A DNA stretch of 63,892 nt, the filler included, from Octopus bimaculoides (taxonomy: Eukaryota): the NCBI RefSeq assembly GCF_001194135.2. It is 5 parts of 5 records of this genome, joined end to end, with 100 filler letters (N's around TTAATTAATTAA, not from the genome) between each part and the next. Parts side by side here need not be neighbours in the genome. Positions count along the whole stretch, not along the records: positions 32,292 to 54,636 come from NC_068989.1; positions 54,737 to 61,085 come from NW_026361056.1; positions 61,186 to 63,892 come from NC_068992.1; 2 more parts are not named here. One strand, 5' to 3'. Under the pieces are notes generated by a model that was given only the letters and a program-made list of their open reading frames with translations, had not been told where the DNA came from and made no database searches. The translations under genes and the position numbers were made by a program. Below, piece by piece: positions 48,751 through 61,239 of this stretch (its first letter is position 1; each line of letters starts with the position of its first letter).

Positions 48751-49750
48751 TAAAGATATTATGACCGAGTGCTACATAGCATTCCAAACAATAAACTACT
48801 TTATGTCTGTAGGCACATTATGATGCTTTAAGAATCCCATCGGTTTTCTTCGATCATCTCTAATTAATCACTGATTTGTTATTTTCATACAAAAATAAAA
48901 ACAACATTAATGCTTTTAATACATTACATTCTCTTAAAAGAACCAGTTATTACTTAATCAGCTTGTTTCAGCAAAAATGATCACAGGAAAAGCACTAAAA
49001 AACAGGAGGTATATAAGAGATTTATTTATTTTATGGGATCCAAATAAGAAAACTTATTAAGGAGCTTTATTTCATTGTTTCACTGGGCAACATTAAGTCA
49101 TATGCTTGGTTCTCGTTTTGTTCTAGTTGTAGAAAATTGTCTTGGTAGTCATAAGGCAACGGAGGACATGCTTTCCAATTTCAATAACAGCATCAAGATC
49201 CTGTATCACCACAGTCACTTTAGTGGTTTTCAGAAAAGCTTGGTGATACGCATACAATAATTATCCATTTGAGATTCTTATATGAATAGATGCACATATT
49301 GGGTGTATGCAATGATAGTTCAGCCAACACACTCTGAGCGTGTGTGTGTGTATCTAATTGTATATATACTCAGAGTTCCCGGTGTTTGTCAATATGTGGT
49401 TGGTGTGTTGGTTGAACTAACATTGTATACACCCAAGTATGTGCATCTATTCATATAAGAATCTCAAATGGATAATTATTGGAACGTCTTACAAACCTTC
49501 ACTCTGTGCCACAAATAGATTACTTTTTTTTCCGTGAAACTGAGTATTTCTAGGTTTTTGTGCAAATTTGTGGGTGCATAACATAATGCACTTGTATATA
49601 TGTATGTATGTATGTATGCATGTATGCATGTATGTCATTTATGTATGTATGCCAACCTAGATCCAAGGCTCCTTCATTGGAATTTCAACATCAACAACAG
49701 GTATTTTTGTACGTGTGTATGCATGTGTGTTGTGTATGTATGTATGTATG

Positions 49751-49822
<72 letters not shown>

Positions 49823-50586
49823 CTATATATCTATATATGTGTATGTATATGTGTGTGCGCGCGCGTGTATATGTATATATCTTTGTGTTTGCATTTTCCC
49901 CTTCACCTCTTGGCACCGATGTTAATTGGTTTATGTCCTCGTATAACTAGCGATTCGGATAGAGACGGATAGAATTAGGATCAAATTTAAAAATGTAGGC
50001 CTTCAATCGATTTGTTCTACTAAGCCGTTTAAGCCGGTGCCCCAAAATGGCCACAGTCCAATGGCTGAAACAAGTAGCAGTAATATATAGAATTAGCATG
50101 TAATACATACACACACACACACGTATCAGAACAGAACTACCATAGAATGTGTGATACACACATGGTCGCAGATTATTGCTGGAGCCTTCAGAGAGATAGT
50201 TTTGGGTAAGCACCCCCACTCCTCTCTAGGAAGTCCTATAAAAGGAATTTCTTATGCATTGAATAGCTCGCCATGTTATGTTTTTATGTTTTATTTCTGA
50301 GTTACAGCAACTACAGATTCTAATGCAGTGCGCAATAAGATTTTTTCTTTTTGTGTGTTGAGATAAACCGATTTATTAATATGGATTTGTTTTAAAAGCA
50401 TGTACTGTATCATAACATTAATATTGTGGTTATTTTTGTATCAAAATAGCAGCTCATTATCTAATTAGAGTTGATACAATTTTTGAAACCATTGCACTAA
50501 ACAGCCCAGAGTAGGTTTAACTTCAAAAGCACCAAAGTATTAATGCAACAAGGGTCGCTAATTTCAGCACACGAGTGGATAGGGAA

Positions 50587-50637
<51 letters not shown>

Positions 50638-50767
50638 GTATCTCCAAAATTAGAGCTGATTAGAAAAAAAACACTGGTGTATTTTCGAGTTAGTACCCAA
50701 ATATTTGCAAGGCACCAGAATTTGTCATTGTTGTTGTTGTTGGACATTGCCATCAAAGATTTATTTT

Positions 50768-50920
50768 GTGGCTGCGTGGTTAAGAAATATGCTTCACAAC
50801 TACGTGGTTTCGAGTTCGATCCCACTGCGTGCCACCTTTGATAGGTACACCCTTCTATAATTTCGGTCAGATTAATGCCTAGTTAATGAATTTGATAGAC
50901 AGAAACTGTGTGGAAGAGCG

Positions 50921-50976
<56 letters not shown>

Positions 50977-51205
50977 ACCTATATATATATAAATATAAAT
51001 ATGTACGTATGTGTTTGTATGTGTCATTGCGTTTATGTTCGTCTTCCTCGCCACTTGACAATCGGTGTAGGTTTGTTTACATCAGTGTAAACTAGCAGTT
51101 CGGCAAAAAGTTCGACAGAATAGATAGCAGATTTAAAATAAGGACTGGGGTCAATTGCACTAATCTTAAAAGGCGGTGCTCCTGCGGGCCACTAACTGAA
51201 ACCAC
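50768..51205 (+). mobile_element. SINE family A with internal deletion and (CA)/(TA) expansion
   Basis: Head, partial body and 3' module recognisable. Confidence 0.7.
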
Positions 51206-51219
51206 TTAAAAAGGAAAAG

Positions 51220-51277
51220 CTTCGACAACTTATTTCGAGAAGCAGGTCGCATGTGACACTGTTCATCATCAGGCAAG
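51220..51277 (-). ncRNA. Type I hammerhead motif, orphan
   Basis: CTTGC-CTGATGA-TGAACAGTGTC-ACATGC-GACCTGCTTCTC-GAAAT-AAGTT-GTC-GAAG; CUGAUGA, GAAA and GUC intact, helices imperfect. Confidence 0.55.
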
Positions 51278-52102
51278 TCACACTACTAAAAAATAATGAT
51301 GATACTTTTCCGTATCATAAGAAAAGTGCTGCGGACTGCATGTGGCTGCAGGCTTCCTATGACTAGTTTAGAATAAAATAGTCATGCATCAACTAGACAT
51401 AACACTGCGTAACACGATTTTTATCCTTGGCTAGCGACTGTTATTTCCTATTTGCTTATTCTTAGAAAATATGAAAAATGGTTAATATTTCCTTCAAAAT
51501 TTGCTTTTGTTAGATTTATTCAAACCCCAAAGAATCCCTATCAACACACAGTTATGATTCTTCCCGACTAGTCCTCTTCATGATCAGAGATGTACGTATT
51601 GTCAGCCACTAAGGGACATGCTCAACTGGTTAAGGTCAAGCAACTAACAAGCAGATATCTGGTATTGAGCAGATTATTTGCTATAACGATGTTTCTGCTT
51701 GAGCAACTCAGGACTGAATCTGCCTGAAATATAATGGAAAATAGGTCAGTTTCAAAACATTGATATCCAAGTGACAAAATCAAAGTTCGAAGAGAATATT
51801 AGTTATTTCCTTTAATTTCTAGACAGAAGCAAATAGGAAATAATACTGACTGAAGAAAAAAAATGTTATACAGTGTAATCGTTACAAACTATTTCCATGG
51901 ACACAATTGTTACAAACCGTTCTGACGGTTTGTTTCCATTTCAACTAACTGGGCAGGAAATTCAGAGGTATTATCATGTCCGGACTACCTGAACATCCCA
52001 TCTGATCCAATAACTGTGAGATCAATCGTACAGCTACCACCTCATTATATTTAGAGCGATTGTAAATAATAGTAATAATAATAATGATAATAATGATAAT
52101 AA

Positions 52103-52290
52103 ACACCAGGACTAACAAGTATATATATAGCATACAGAAAATAACACTACTAGGCACCGCACACAACCTACGTAAAACACTTTCAATACAGTAAAAATAA
52201 GAACATCACAACAAACTACAGCACATATCCCAGGCACACAGAGCTGCGCTCGGTAGTACAGTGAAAGCACGTAATAAAGATAAGATTACT
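52103..52290 (+). mobile_element. R4/Dong-like non-LTR retrotransposon 3' end in (TAA)n
   Basis: SIQKITLLGTAHNLRKTLSIQ* plus 3'UTR, flanked by TAA-type repeats. Confidence 0.75.
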
Positions 52291-52355
52291 GAATAATAAT
52301 GATGATGATGATAATAATAATAATAATGATAATAATAATAATAATAATAATAATG

Positions 52356-52410
<55 letters not shown>

Positions 52411-52429
52411 TATTAATAATAATAATAAT

Positions 52430-53052
52430 TTGTAAAAACCTGGACCTGCCCCATGATAAAAACTGGTGGGAACACAAACCACCTCCATTGCTTGAAAATG
52501 ATCACATCTCACTCTTCTGGAACTTCACCATTCACACTGACAGAAAGATAGATGTGAAAAGGCCAGACATTATATTGGAAGACTTCAGATAAAAATCTTG
52601 CCTCTTCATTGACATGACTGTCCCAGTCGATATAAATGTATCTGTCAAGACCTACCAAAAACTGAGCAAGTATAAAGATCTTGAAATAGAAATTGGCAAA
52701 ATGTGGAACCTGAAGACTAACAGAATACCTGTTTCCATAGGTGCCCTACAATTGATTACAAAAGGGGCTGATTGATACCAGGAAACCCCAAAATGGCAGA
52801 AATTCAAAAGATAGTGCTCATGGGATCTGCTCATATTCCACGTAAAATACAGTCTATGTAATCTCAAATTTTTGAAACAAGCTCATAATTTTCCGTTTTC
52901 ATAAACATTCTCCAGAACAATATTATGTACAAAACCAAATATATGATACCCTAGGCATAACACCAACATGAACTTCTAACTTGTCTCTTGAGGTCTCTGG
53001 GCGAGACTTGGAGCCAACATGTACAAATGCAAAGCAAAAGTCAAACGTATAG
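52430..53052 (+). mobile_element. R4/Dong-like non-LTR retrotransposon, restriction-like endonuclease domain + 3'UTR
   Basis: WNFTIHTDRKIDVKRPDIIL...IDMTVPVDINVSVKTYQKLSKYKDLEIEIGKMWNLK...PVSIGAL...EIQKIVLMGSAHIPRK, with stop and frameshift. Confidence 0.9.
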
Positions 53053-53199
53053 TAACAACAACAACAACAACAATAATAATACTAACAAGCGCACTCATAG
53101 TGCGCAAACCTCCACCAAGGCAACACCAACGTCCTCTCACCGATTAGCCAGGGATGAGTTTTAAAATGAGAGTATCTGAAATAAACTGGACTGCTCTCA

Positions 53200-54200
53200 C
53201 AAACAAGAATACTAAAAATGAAGCCGAGCGTTCTCAAAAATTAAGTAAAAAAACAGGAAAAATAATCCAGAATCCTTGTCAAGATTGCGTTTTTAGTTTG
53301 ATATCCTCCAAGTCTAACTTTACCCTCCAGCTGGGTTCCCGAGTAAAGAAAAAAAAATTGTTGCATATAGAATTCAAGAGTAATAATTGCAGGCAAACTA
53401 ATGGACAGATTTGGCTGTATCTTCTTTTTCTACGCGTGTTTTTTATTACCGCTTTACTGGGAATCCGACAGAGATGACGTTTAACCTGTTGCCGCTATAG
53501 CAGAAATTCGGCTTCACAGGGACAACTCCTCAGTCATTGCCTGTGATGAATGCCTTCACCCACTGACATACCTGTGCAACAGTTGGTCGTTTCAGTCGTT
53601 CTGTATGCATTGTTAAATTCTTAGTAGCTATCCGTTTGTTCCACCCTTCTCAAATAAAACAGCCAATGCCCTTCTTAGGTCGTGCCTCTTCAAGAAACAT
53701 GTAGTACCAAAGTAAAGATTCAGTAAACACTTCCGTTGGTACATATTTCTGTTACCCTTCTTACATCGTATATTATCATCTTTGATAAGATTCTGTATCC
53801 TATATTTCGTCTATTTTGTGGCCATAATTTTGGGGGGCTTCATTTAATCGTGGAAAGTTTGTTTCGTAATGACGAACTGTTGTGTTTTTTTTTTTATTCC
53901 ATTTCTTTATGCGTCTTCTGTAATACAACCTTTCCTCTTTTTATTTTCTTTCTTTATTCACTCACAAACAAATTTTTCTTTGGTTATTGGAGGTCCATAC
54001 TCAATCAATCATTTGCCGAATTGTTTGACATTCAACAAGTTGTAGCTTGTATTTAATTGTCTATGTCTGTCTTCTTTGCTTACTTGTCATTGTATAGTGA
54101 CACAGAGTGTTGTCAACTGAATAACCAATTTGACAGCTCATAAATAGCGTATACCTCGGTGGTACTTCTGCCTGTCTAGACATGGTGTGTGAGTTATCAT
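53200..54200 (-). mobile_element. Highly decayed RTE-like LINE reverse transcriptase region
   Basis: EKEDTAKSVH*FACNYYS*ILYATI and QLEGKVRLGGYQ loosely match KKGD..NYRGISL / LGEYQ RT motifs. Confidence 0.4.
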
Positions 54201-54736
54201 TGTTGATTCCCTATAAACTAAATAAAACAAATGTCATTCTATTACCAGTGCCAGCAAACTGTTGTAAGTATCCTACTAGTTACCGTCAATACAGTACAAA
54301 ACAAGATAACTTTTATAATCATAGAACTAGGATAAATTTTTAAATATTTTATTAGTAAAGGAGCCAGTGCTCGTGTGCCTTCATAGGATCTTGACTGGTA
54401 GAAGGGTAAGAGGAGGATATCCTCAAACCGGAGACTTAGTCCTAATGCTTACAACAGAATGGACACCGTCGGGCGACGGATTAAGTCTATCACCCAAGTA
54501 GGCCACTGCTCGATTTGAGCTCAGGGCGTAAAAAGCAGGAAACAGGGACAACTCCTCAGTCATTGCCTGTGATGAATGCCTTCACCCACTGACATACCTG
54601 TGCAACAGTTGGTCGTTTCAGTCGTTCTGTATGCATNNNNNNNNNNNNNNNNNNNNNNNNNNNNNNNNNNNNNNNNNNNNTTAATTAATTAANNNNNNNN
54701 NNNNNNNNNNNNNNNNNNNNNNNNNNNNNNNNNNNN

Positions 54737-54759
54737 ATACCGCTAAGCATCTCGCCGCC

Positions 54760-54810
<51 letters not shown>

Positions 54811-54970
54811 GTGGCTTCAAATTTTGCCACAGGGGCAGCAGTTTTGGTACTTATTTCCTCAATCCTGAAAGAGTGAAAGGCAAAGTCGACCTCGGTGGAA
54901 TTTGAGCTCAGAACGTAAAGACAGACGAAATACCGCTAAGCATTTCGCACGGCGTGCTAACGATTCTGCT
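54737..54970 (-). mobile_element. SINE family C fragments around (TAA)n
   Basis: Similarity to family. Confidence 0.75.
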
Positions 54971-56156
54971 ATGTCAAGATAAAGAAACCAAGAAACAGAT
55001 ATACGAGAATTAGACTACGGACGATGTCACACATACTTTCAAATCGATAAAAGACAAAGTATGGGATACAACAATTGAAAGAAAAGATTACGACGAAATA
55101 ATATAAACACAATATACCAATATCCCAAACCAAATTAAATGCCAAAAATAAGATATTAGTATCAATAACTTAGTCGTTTTCGCAATAAGATGATGTTATG
55201 ATATTCCCAGCTGGCGGGTAAATAAATTAGCTGGACTAGACTGGAAAACAAGTAAAATAATGATCGTATTTAGAATAGGTTATCCAAAACAAACAGAGTG
55301 ATTATGTTTCCGATTATTGCAATGCAGTAAAGGTCTTTTATATCCATAGATATTAATTTATCGGGGTCGATAAATTAAATACCAGTGAAACACTGGGGTC
55401 GATGTAATCGACTCATCCCCTTCCCAAAATAGCTACCCCTGTGGCAAAATTTGAAACCATTATTATTATTATTGTTATTATTAATTCATTAGAGCTGTTG
55501 AATATTTCTGGCAAGTTTTTAAATACTGATGAAACTAGTCGAGTTGTTCTCGAAACCGTTCTACAGAGAAAGTCTTGTTAAACGCTCAGACTATATTTGC
55601 ATAATGAGGTTAAATATAGAGTGGCGTCAATTAGTTTAAAAACAAGATTATACTGATAATTAAACTTTTATTCATTAATTATTTCCGTTTTCATTTTATC
55701 ACTTTCGATACAAACCTTATATATGAATAAAAAGAGATGTTTTTTTCCTCTTTTAAGTGACGAAAGTTTAAAGACGAAAATTTTAATCAGCATAATGTAA
55801 TTATTGACAGTATTAATATTGGCGCCACAAAAATGAACGTTTAATTTAAATATTCGATATTGTGCTTTATCTAAGTTAGAGGAACTATTAATAACTGTTT
55901 GATTAATTATTGTATGGTCTGTTGTGACGGGGAAAACTGAAAAAGTTTATCATTACAGACGTGATAAGGAATCGTTTAACTGCAGAAGCTGAAATGAATT
56001 TTTCGAGTCGTTGATACTGGAGTGTGATGTTTAATAGCTGCTGCCCACCATGCTGGTTTGTCTTCAGAAGAAGGTCATTCACAGACATAGGCGTAGGTGT
56101 GGCTGTGTGGTAAGAAGTTTGTGCAGCGTGCTAACGATTCTACCAGCTCGACAACT

Positions 56157-56204
<48 letters not shown>

Positions 56205-56206
56205 TG

Positions 56207-57227
56207 ATATGACTGTCCCAATTGATATAAACGTATCTGTCAAGACCTACCAAAAACTGAGCAAATATAAAGATNNNNNNNNNNNNNNNNNNNNNNNNNN
56301 NNNNNNNNNNNNNNNNNNNNNNNNNNNNNNNNNNNNNNNNNNNNNNNNNNNNNNNNNNNNNNNNNNNNNNNNNNNNNNNNNNNNNNNNNNNNNNNNNNNN
56401 NNNNNNNNNNNNNNNNNNNNNNNNNNNNNNNNNNNNNNNNNNNNNNNNNNNNNNNNNNNNNNNNNNNNNNNNNNNNNNNNNNNNNNNNNNNNNNNNNNNN
56501 NNNNNNNNNNNNNNNNNNNNNNNNNNNNNNNNNNNNNNNNNNNNNNNNNNNNNNNNNNNNNNNNNNNNNNNNNNNNNNNNNNNNNNNNNNNNNNNNNNNN
56601 NNNNNNNNNNNNNNNNNNNNNNNNNNNNNNNNNNNNNNNNNNNNNNNNNNNNNNNNNNNNNNNNNNNNNNNNNNNNNNNNNNNNNNNNNNNNNNNNNNNN
56701 NNNNNNNNNNNNNNNNNNNNNNNNNNNNNNNNNNNNNNNNNNNNNNNNNNNNNNNNNNNNNNNNNNNNNNNNNNNNNNNNNNNNNNNNNNNNNNNNNNNN
56801 NNNNNNNNNNNNNNNNNNNNNNNNNNNNNNNNNNNNNNNNNNNNNNNNNNNNNNNNNNNNNNNNNNNNNNNNNNNNNNNNNNNNNNNNNNNNNNNNNNNN
56901 NNNNNNNNNNNNNNNNNNNNNNNNNNNNNNNNNNNNNNNNNNNNNNNNNNNNNNNNNNNNNNNNNNNNNNNNNNNNNNNNNNNNNNNNNNNNNNNNNNNN
57001 NNNNNNNNNNNNNNNNNNNNNNNNNNNNNNNNNNNNNNNNNNNNNNNNNNNNNNNNNNNNNNNNNNNNNNNNNNNNNNNNNNNNNNNNNNNNNNNNAATA
57101 CTATGTGCAAAACCAAATATATGACACTCTAGGCATAATACCAACATGAGCTTCTAACTTGTTGTCTTTTGAGGTCTCTGGGTGAGACTTGGAGCCAACT
57201 TGTACAAACACGAAGCTAAAATTAAAC

Positions 57228-57228
<1 letters not shown>
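56207..57228 (+). mobile_element. R4/Dong-like copy (same subfamily as 52430-53052), internal gap, (TAA)n on both sides
   Basis: DMTVPIDINVSVKTYQKLSKYKD; 3'UTR homologous to 52920-53045. Confidence 0.85.
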
Positions 57229-57280
<52 letters not shown>

Positions 57281-58365
57281 CCTTTCTACTAAAGGCAAAA
57301 GACCTGACATTTTTTGGGAAGGGTTAAGTTGGTTATATTGACCCCATCTGGTACTTATTTTATCGACTCCCGAAATGATGAAGGGCAAAGTCGACTTCGG
57401 CGTGGGGTAATATATTGAGCTTTACAAAAAAGCTGATTAAGGAAACCTTTATTGAAAATCTAGAGTGAAGGACCCTAAGGCAGATGCGTAGGGGCTATAC
57501 TCTGGCAAACCTTACGGGTCTATGGATGGTGCGTACGTATTGACTTGTCCTTTCTTCGTGGCACATCCAAGAGTGAAGTGGTGGTCATGCTGTTGCTGTT
57601 CTCGTCGCTGTTGTTGGTATTGTTGTTGATGTTAATCTTGTTGTTGTCATTGTTTCTGTTCTGGGTGTTGTTACTGTTGATGCTGTAGTTGTTGTCACTG
57701 TTGTTTTTGTTGTTGTTGCTGTTGTTGTTGTTGTTGTCGGTGCGTCTATTGCTCATTAATGTCTCATTAATGTCTATTGGTCACCCGCAACCCGTGTACT
57801 TAACCCTCATTGATCACGAACGAACTTATTCATCATAAACGTTGTTATTGTTGTTCTTATTGATTGTTGTTGTTGTTGTTGTAGCAATGACTGTTACAAT
57901 TGTTGCTCATTATCATCATCATCACCATCATCATCCCTGGCCTCTTTACTCACCCTAGTATTATAAAAAAATTCAAAAGAAAACCACACACACACACACA
58001 ATTAATCGCGGCGATTGTTGTTATTGTAGTTGTTGATAATGTTTTTCCAATTGTTGCTAATGACTGTGCATAAATTGAGGGGAGGGGGTTGGGGTTTCTC
58101 ATCAATCCCAACCCCCATCATTTCAATAACTTTGTTAGTGAGGTGGCAGAATCGTTAGCGCACCGGACAAAATGCCTACGCCCATCTTTGCGTTCTGTGT
58201 TCAAATTCCGCCGGGAGTTGGTTTTTTTTTTGCTATTCTAATAATATTTTTGCAGTTGCTAAAGTGACTGTTTTATTGTTGTTGTTGTTGTTGCTACTAT
58301 TGCTATTGTTGTGATTTTTGTCGTTGCAATTCTTATAATATTTTCTAGAATATTTGCTGTAGCCC

Positions 58366-58424
<59 letters not shown>

Positions 58425-58425
<1 letters not shown>

Positions 58426-58491
58426 TGGGTATATGGGCTTCGTATATTTTACCCCAGTGTCACTTTGATGGCATGCACTGCTCTCTCACTC

Positions 58492-58550
<59 letters not shown>

Positions 58551-58618
58551 TATGGGTATATGAGCTTCGTATATTTTACCCCAATGTCACTTCGATGGCA
58601 TGCACTGCTCTCTCACTC

Positions 58619-58655
<37 letters not shown>

Positions 58656-58721
58656 TGGGTATATGGGCTTCGTATATTTTACCCCAGTGTCACTTTGATG
58701 GCATGCACTGCTCTCTCACTC
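58425..58721 (+). repeat. Three 67-bp units separated by (AAT)n spacers
   Basis: 58425-58491, 58552-58618, 58655-58721; copies 1 and 3 identical, copy 2 differs at 3 sites. Confidence 0.95.
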
Positions 58722-59841
58722 AAAAAAAAAAAAAAAAAATTATCATTATTATTATTATTGCTACTCTTATAATGCTGTTGGTAAATTTACTAGTGTTGTT
58801 ATTGTTGTTGCTGTCGTTGCAACTGGTTCTTTTATTTATTGTATTTGTCGTAAAGACTTCAGCATTTATTGTTCATGAATGACTTATCAGCTACTCACCT
58901 ACCTACCCCCACCCCCTCCACGCTTTCACTATCACAAAACATCATAATTGAATGTGTTATTATTCCTTATTATTGCTAATCCTACTGCTGCCGTTTTGTT
59001 GTATCTCTTGTGTTTCTTTGTGTTGTCACAATTTAATTTTTGCTTTTGAAATTTAATTTTTTTGGGGGGCTTTTTCTCATAATGACTGTTGCATTAATTG
59101 CTCAGCAATGACATGTCACGGACTCCCCCTCCCCTAAAAAACCTTTCCTCCTCACATCCCCATTTACACACGCCCCCCCTCGTCAACTATTTACTATTAT
59201 GCCTTCCGTTCTAGTAAACCTTTGGTCTGCCCTTCACTGACCTGCCCTGCCCTGCCCTGCCCCTCACATACATGACTCCTTGCCTATCCCTTTTCTTCTC
59301 CTCCGCTCTTTTTCTTACTCTGCAGCTCCCCCACCCTTGGCTCCTTGCTCCTCGCCCCTTTGCCCTCTTACCCCTTCACCTTCGCCATATTCCCTTGTCT
59401 TTAAACCTGTTAAACTTTGTTTTTTTAACTGTCAATTACCATTCATATGTTCGTTCAATGCTTTGGAATTTCAATTCAAACAGGTAGACACTCATGCTCA
59501 TAGCTATTTGTGTGTGTGTGTGTGTGTGGTGTATATATTCGTGTGTGGATGTGCATTTGTGCGTGTGTATATTCGTGAGTGTCTGTGTGCGTGTGTATTC
59601 GCGTGTGGATATGTATACGTGTGCTTGTATGTGTATGTGTGTGTGTGTATGTGTTTATTCGTGTACGAGTGTGCATGTGTGCATTCGTGTGTGTATTCGT
59701 TTTGTGCATGTGTTTTCGTGTGTGTATATGTGTATTCGCGTGTGTGTGTGTATTCGTGTGTGCGTATGTATTCATGTGTGCGTATGTATTCGTGTGTATG
59801 TGTGTGTATTCATGTGTGGAGGGGCATTCTTATGTGCATGA

Positions 59842-59870
59842 TTAGGGTTAGGGTTAGGGTTAGGGTTAGA
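59842..59870 (+). repeat. Interstitial telomeric repeat (TTAGGG)4 TTAGA
   Basis: Directly visible. Confidence 0.9.
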
Positions 59871-60105
59871 GGAGAAAAAAAATATAAATTAAAGGATAAA
59901 AACACTTCAAATCACCTGCCTTACCGAAAAACGCAACTACTCATGCGGCCCTTCATTACACCCCACCATACTCACCCCCCCACACACATATACACACACA
60001 TGCACAAAAACACAAACACATACAAACACACACATGTATATATACACTCATACATATATGCACGTACATTAAAAAAAAAAAAAANNNNNNNNNNATATTG
60101 TTGTA

Positions 60106-60115
60106 GTTGTTGCCA

Positions 60116-60201
<86 letters not shown>

Positions 60202-60587
60202 ATCGTTGTTGTTTTAATATCGTTTATTATACGTGTAATTTTATTTTTTTTTGTCGTCTTTTGCTTAGGATAAGTTTGACGCCATGTTGCAAATTTTCCC
60301 TTTTGTTGCCGTCGTTAATTTCATTATCATTATTATAACGATCATCGTCATCCTGCATATCATAATCATCATCATCGTCATCATCATCATCCTCATCATC
60401 ATCATCGTCAGCAGCAGCAGCAGCAGCAACAGCAACAGCAGCAGCCTCTTGTTGTTGTTGTTGTTCTTCTTCTTCTTCTTCTTCTCCTTGTTGTTCTTGT
60501 TGTTGTTGTTCTTCTTCTTCTTGTCTTTCTTGTTGTTGGTGTTGTTGTTGTTCTTGTTCTTCTTGTCCTTCCTCTTGTTGTTGTTGC

Positions 60588-60642
<55 letters not shown>

Positions 60643-60694
60643 ATTCTTCTTCTTGTTCTTCTTGTTCTTCTTGTTCTTCTTGTTCTTCTTGTCC

Positions 60695-60726
<32 letters not shown>

Positions 60727-60979
60727 CTTCTTCTTCTTCTTCTTCTTCTTCTTCTTCTTCTTCTTGTTCNNNNNNNNNNGTTGTTCTTCTTCTTCTTCTT
60801 CTTCTTCTTCTTCTTCTTCTTCTTGTTCTTGTTCTTGTTCTTCTTGTTTTTCTTGTTCTTCTTGTTGTTGTTGTTGTTCATCTTCTGCTTCTTCTTCTCG
60901 CCCTCCTCCTCCTCCTCAACATCCTCCTCCTCATTATTATAGCACGCCGAGTAAAATGCTTAGCAACATTTCGTCCGTC

Positions 60980-61036
<57 letters not shown>

Positions 61037-61043
61037 GCTGTTG

Positions 61044-61085
<42 letters not shown>
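60106..61085. repeat. Compound trinucleotide microsatellite field (TAG/TAT/CAT/CAG/GTT/CTT/CCT)
   Basis: Directly visible; source of the long low-complexity ORFs. Confidence 0.95.
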
Positions 61086-61207
61086 NNNNNNNNNNNNNNN
61101 NNNNNNNNNNNNNNNNNNNNNNNNNNNNNTTAATTAATTAANNNNNNNNNNNNNNNNNNNNNNNNNNNNNNNNNNNNNNNNNNNNGTGTGTGTGTGTGAG
61201 TGTTTCA

Positions 61208-61239
<32 letters not shown>

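Noticed and set aside
57520-57756. Asn-rich ORF ending SLLDVPRRKDKSIRTHHP with downstream AATAAA
   Set aside because: Mostly a degenerate (CAA)n repeat, no good acceptor, in-frame stop just upstream; cannot be supported without RNA data
58425-58721. CRISPR array
   Set aside because: Eukaryotic context, 67-bp repeats, spacers are pure (AAT)n, no cas genes
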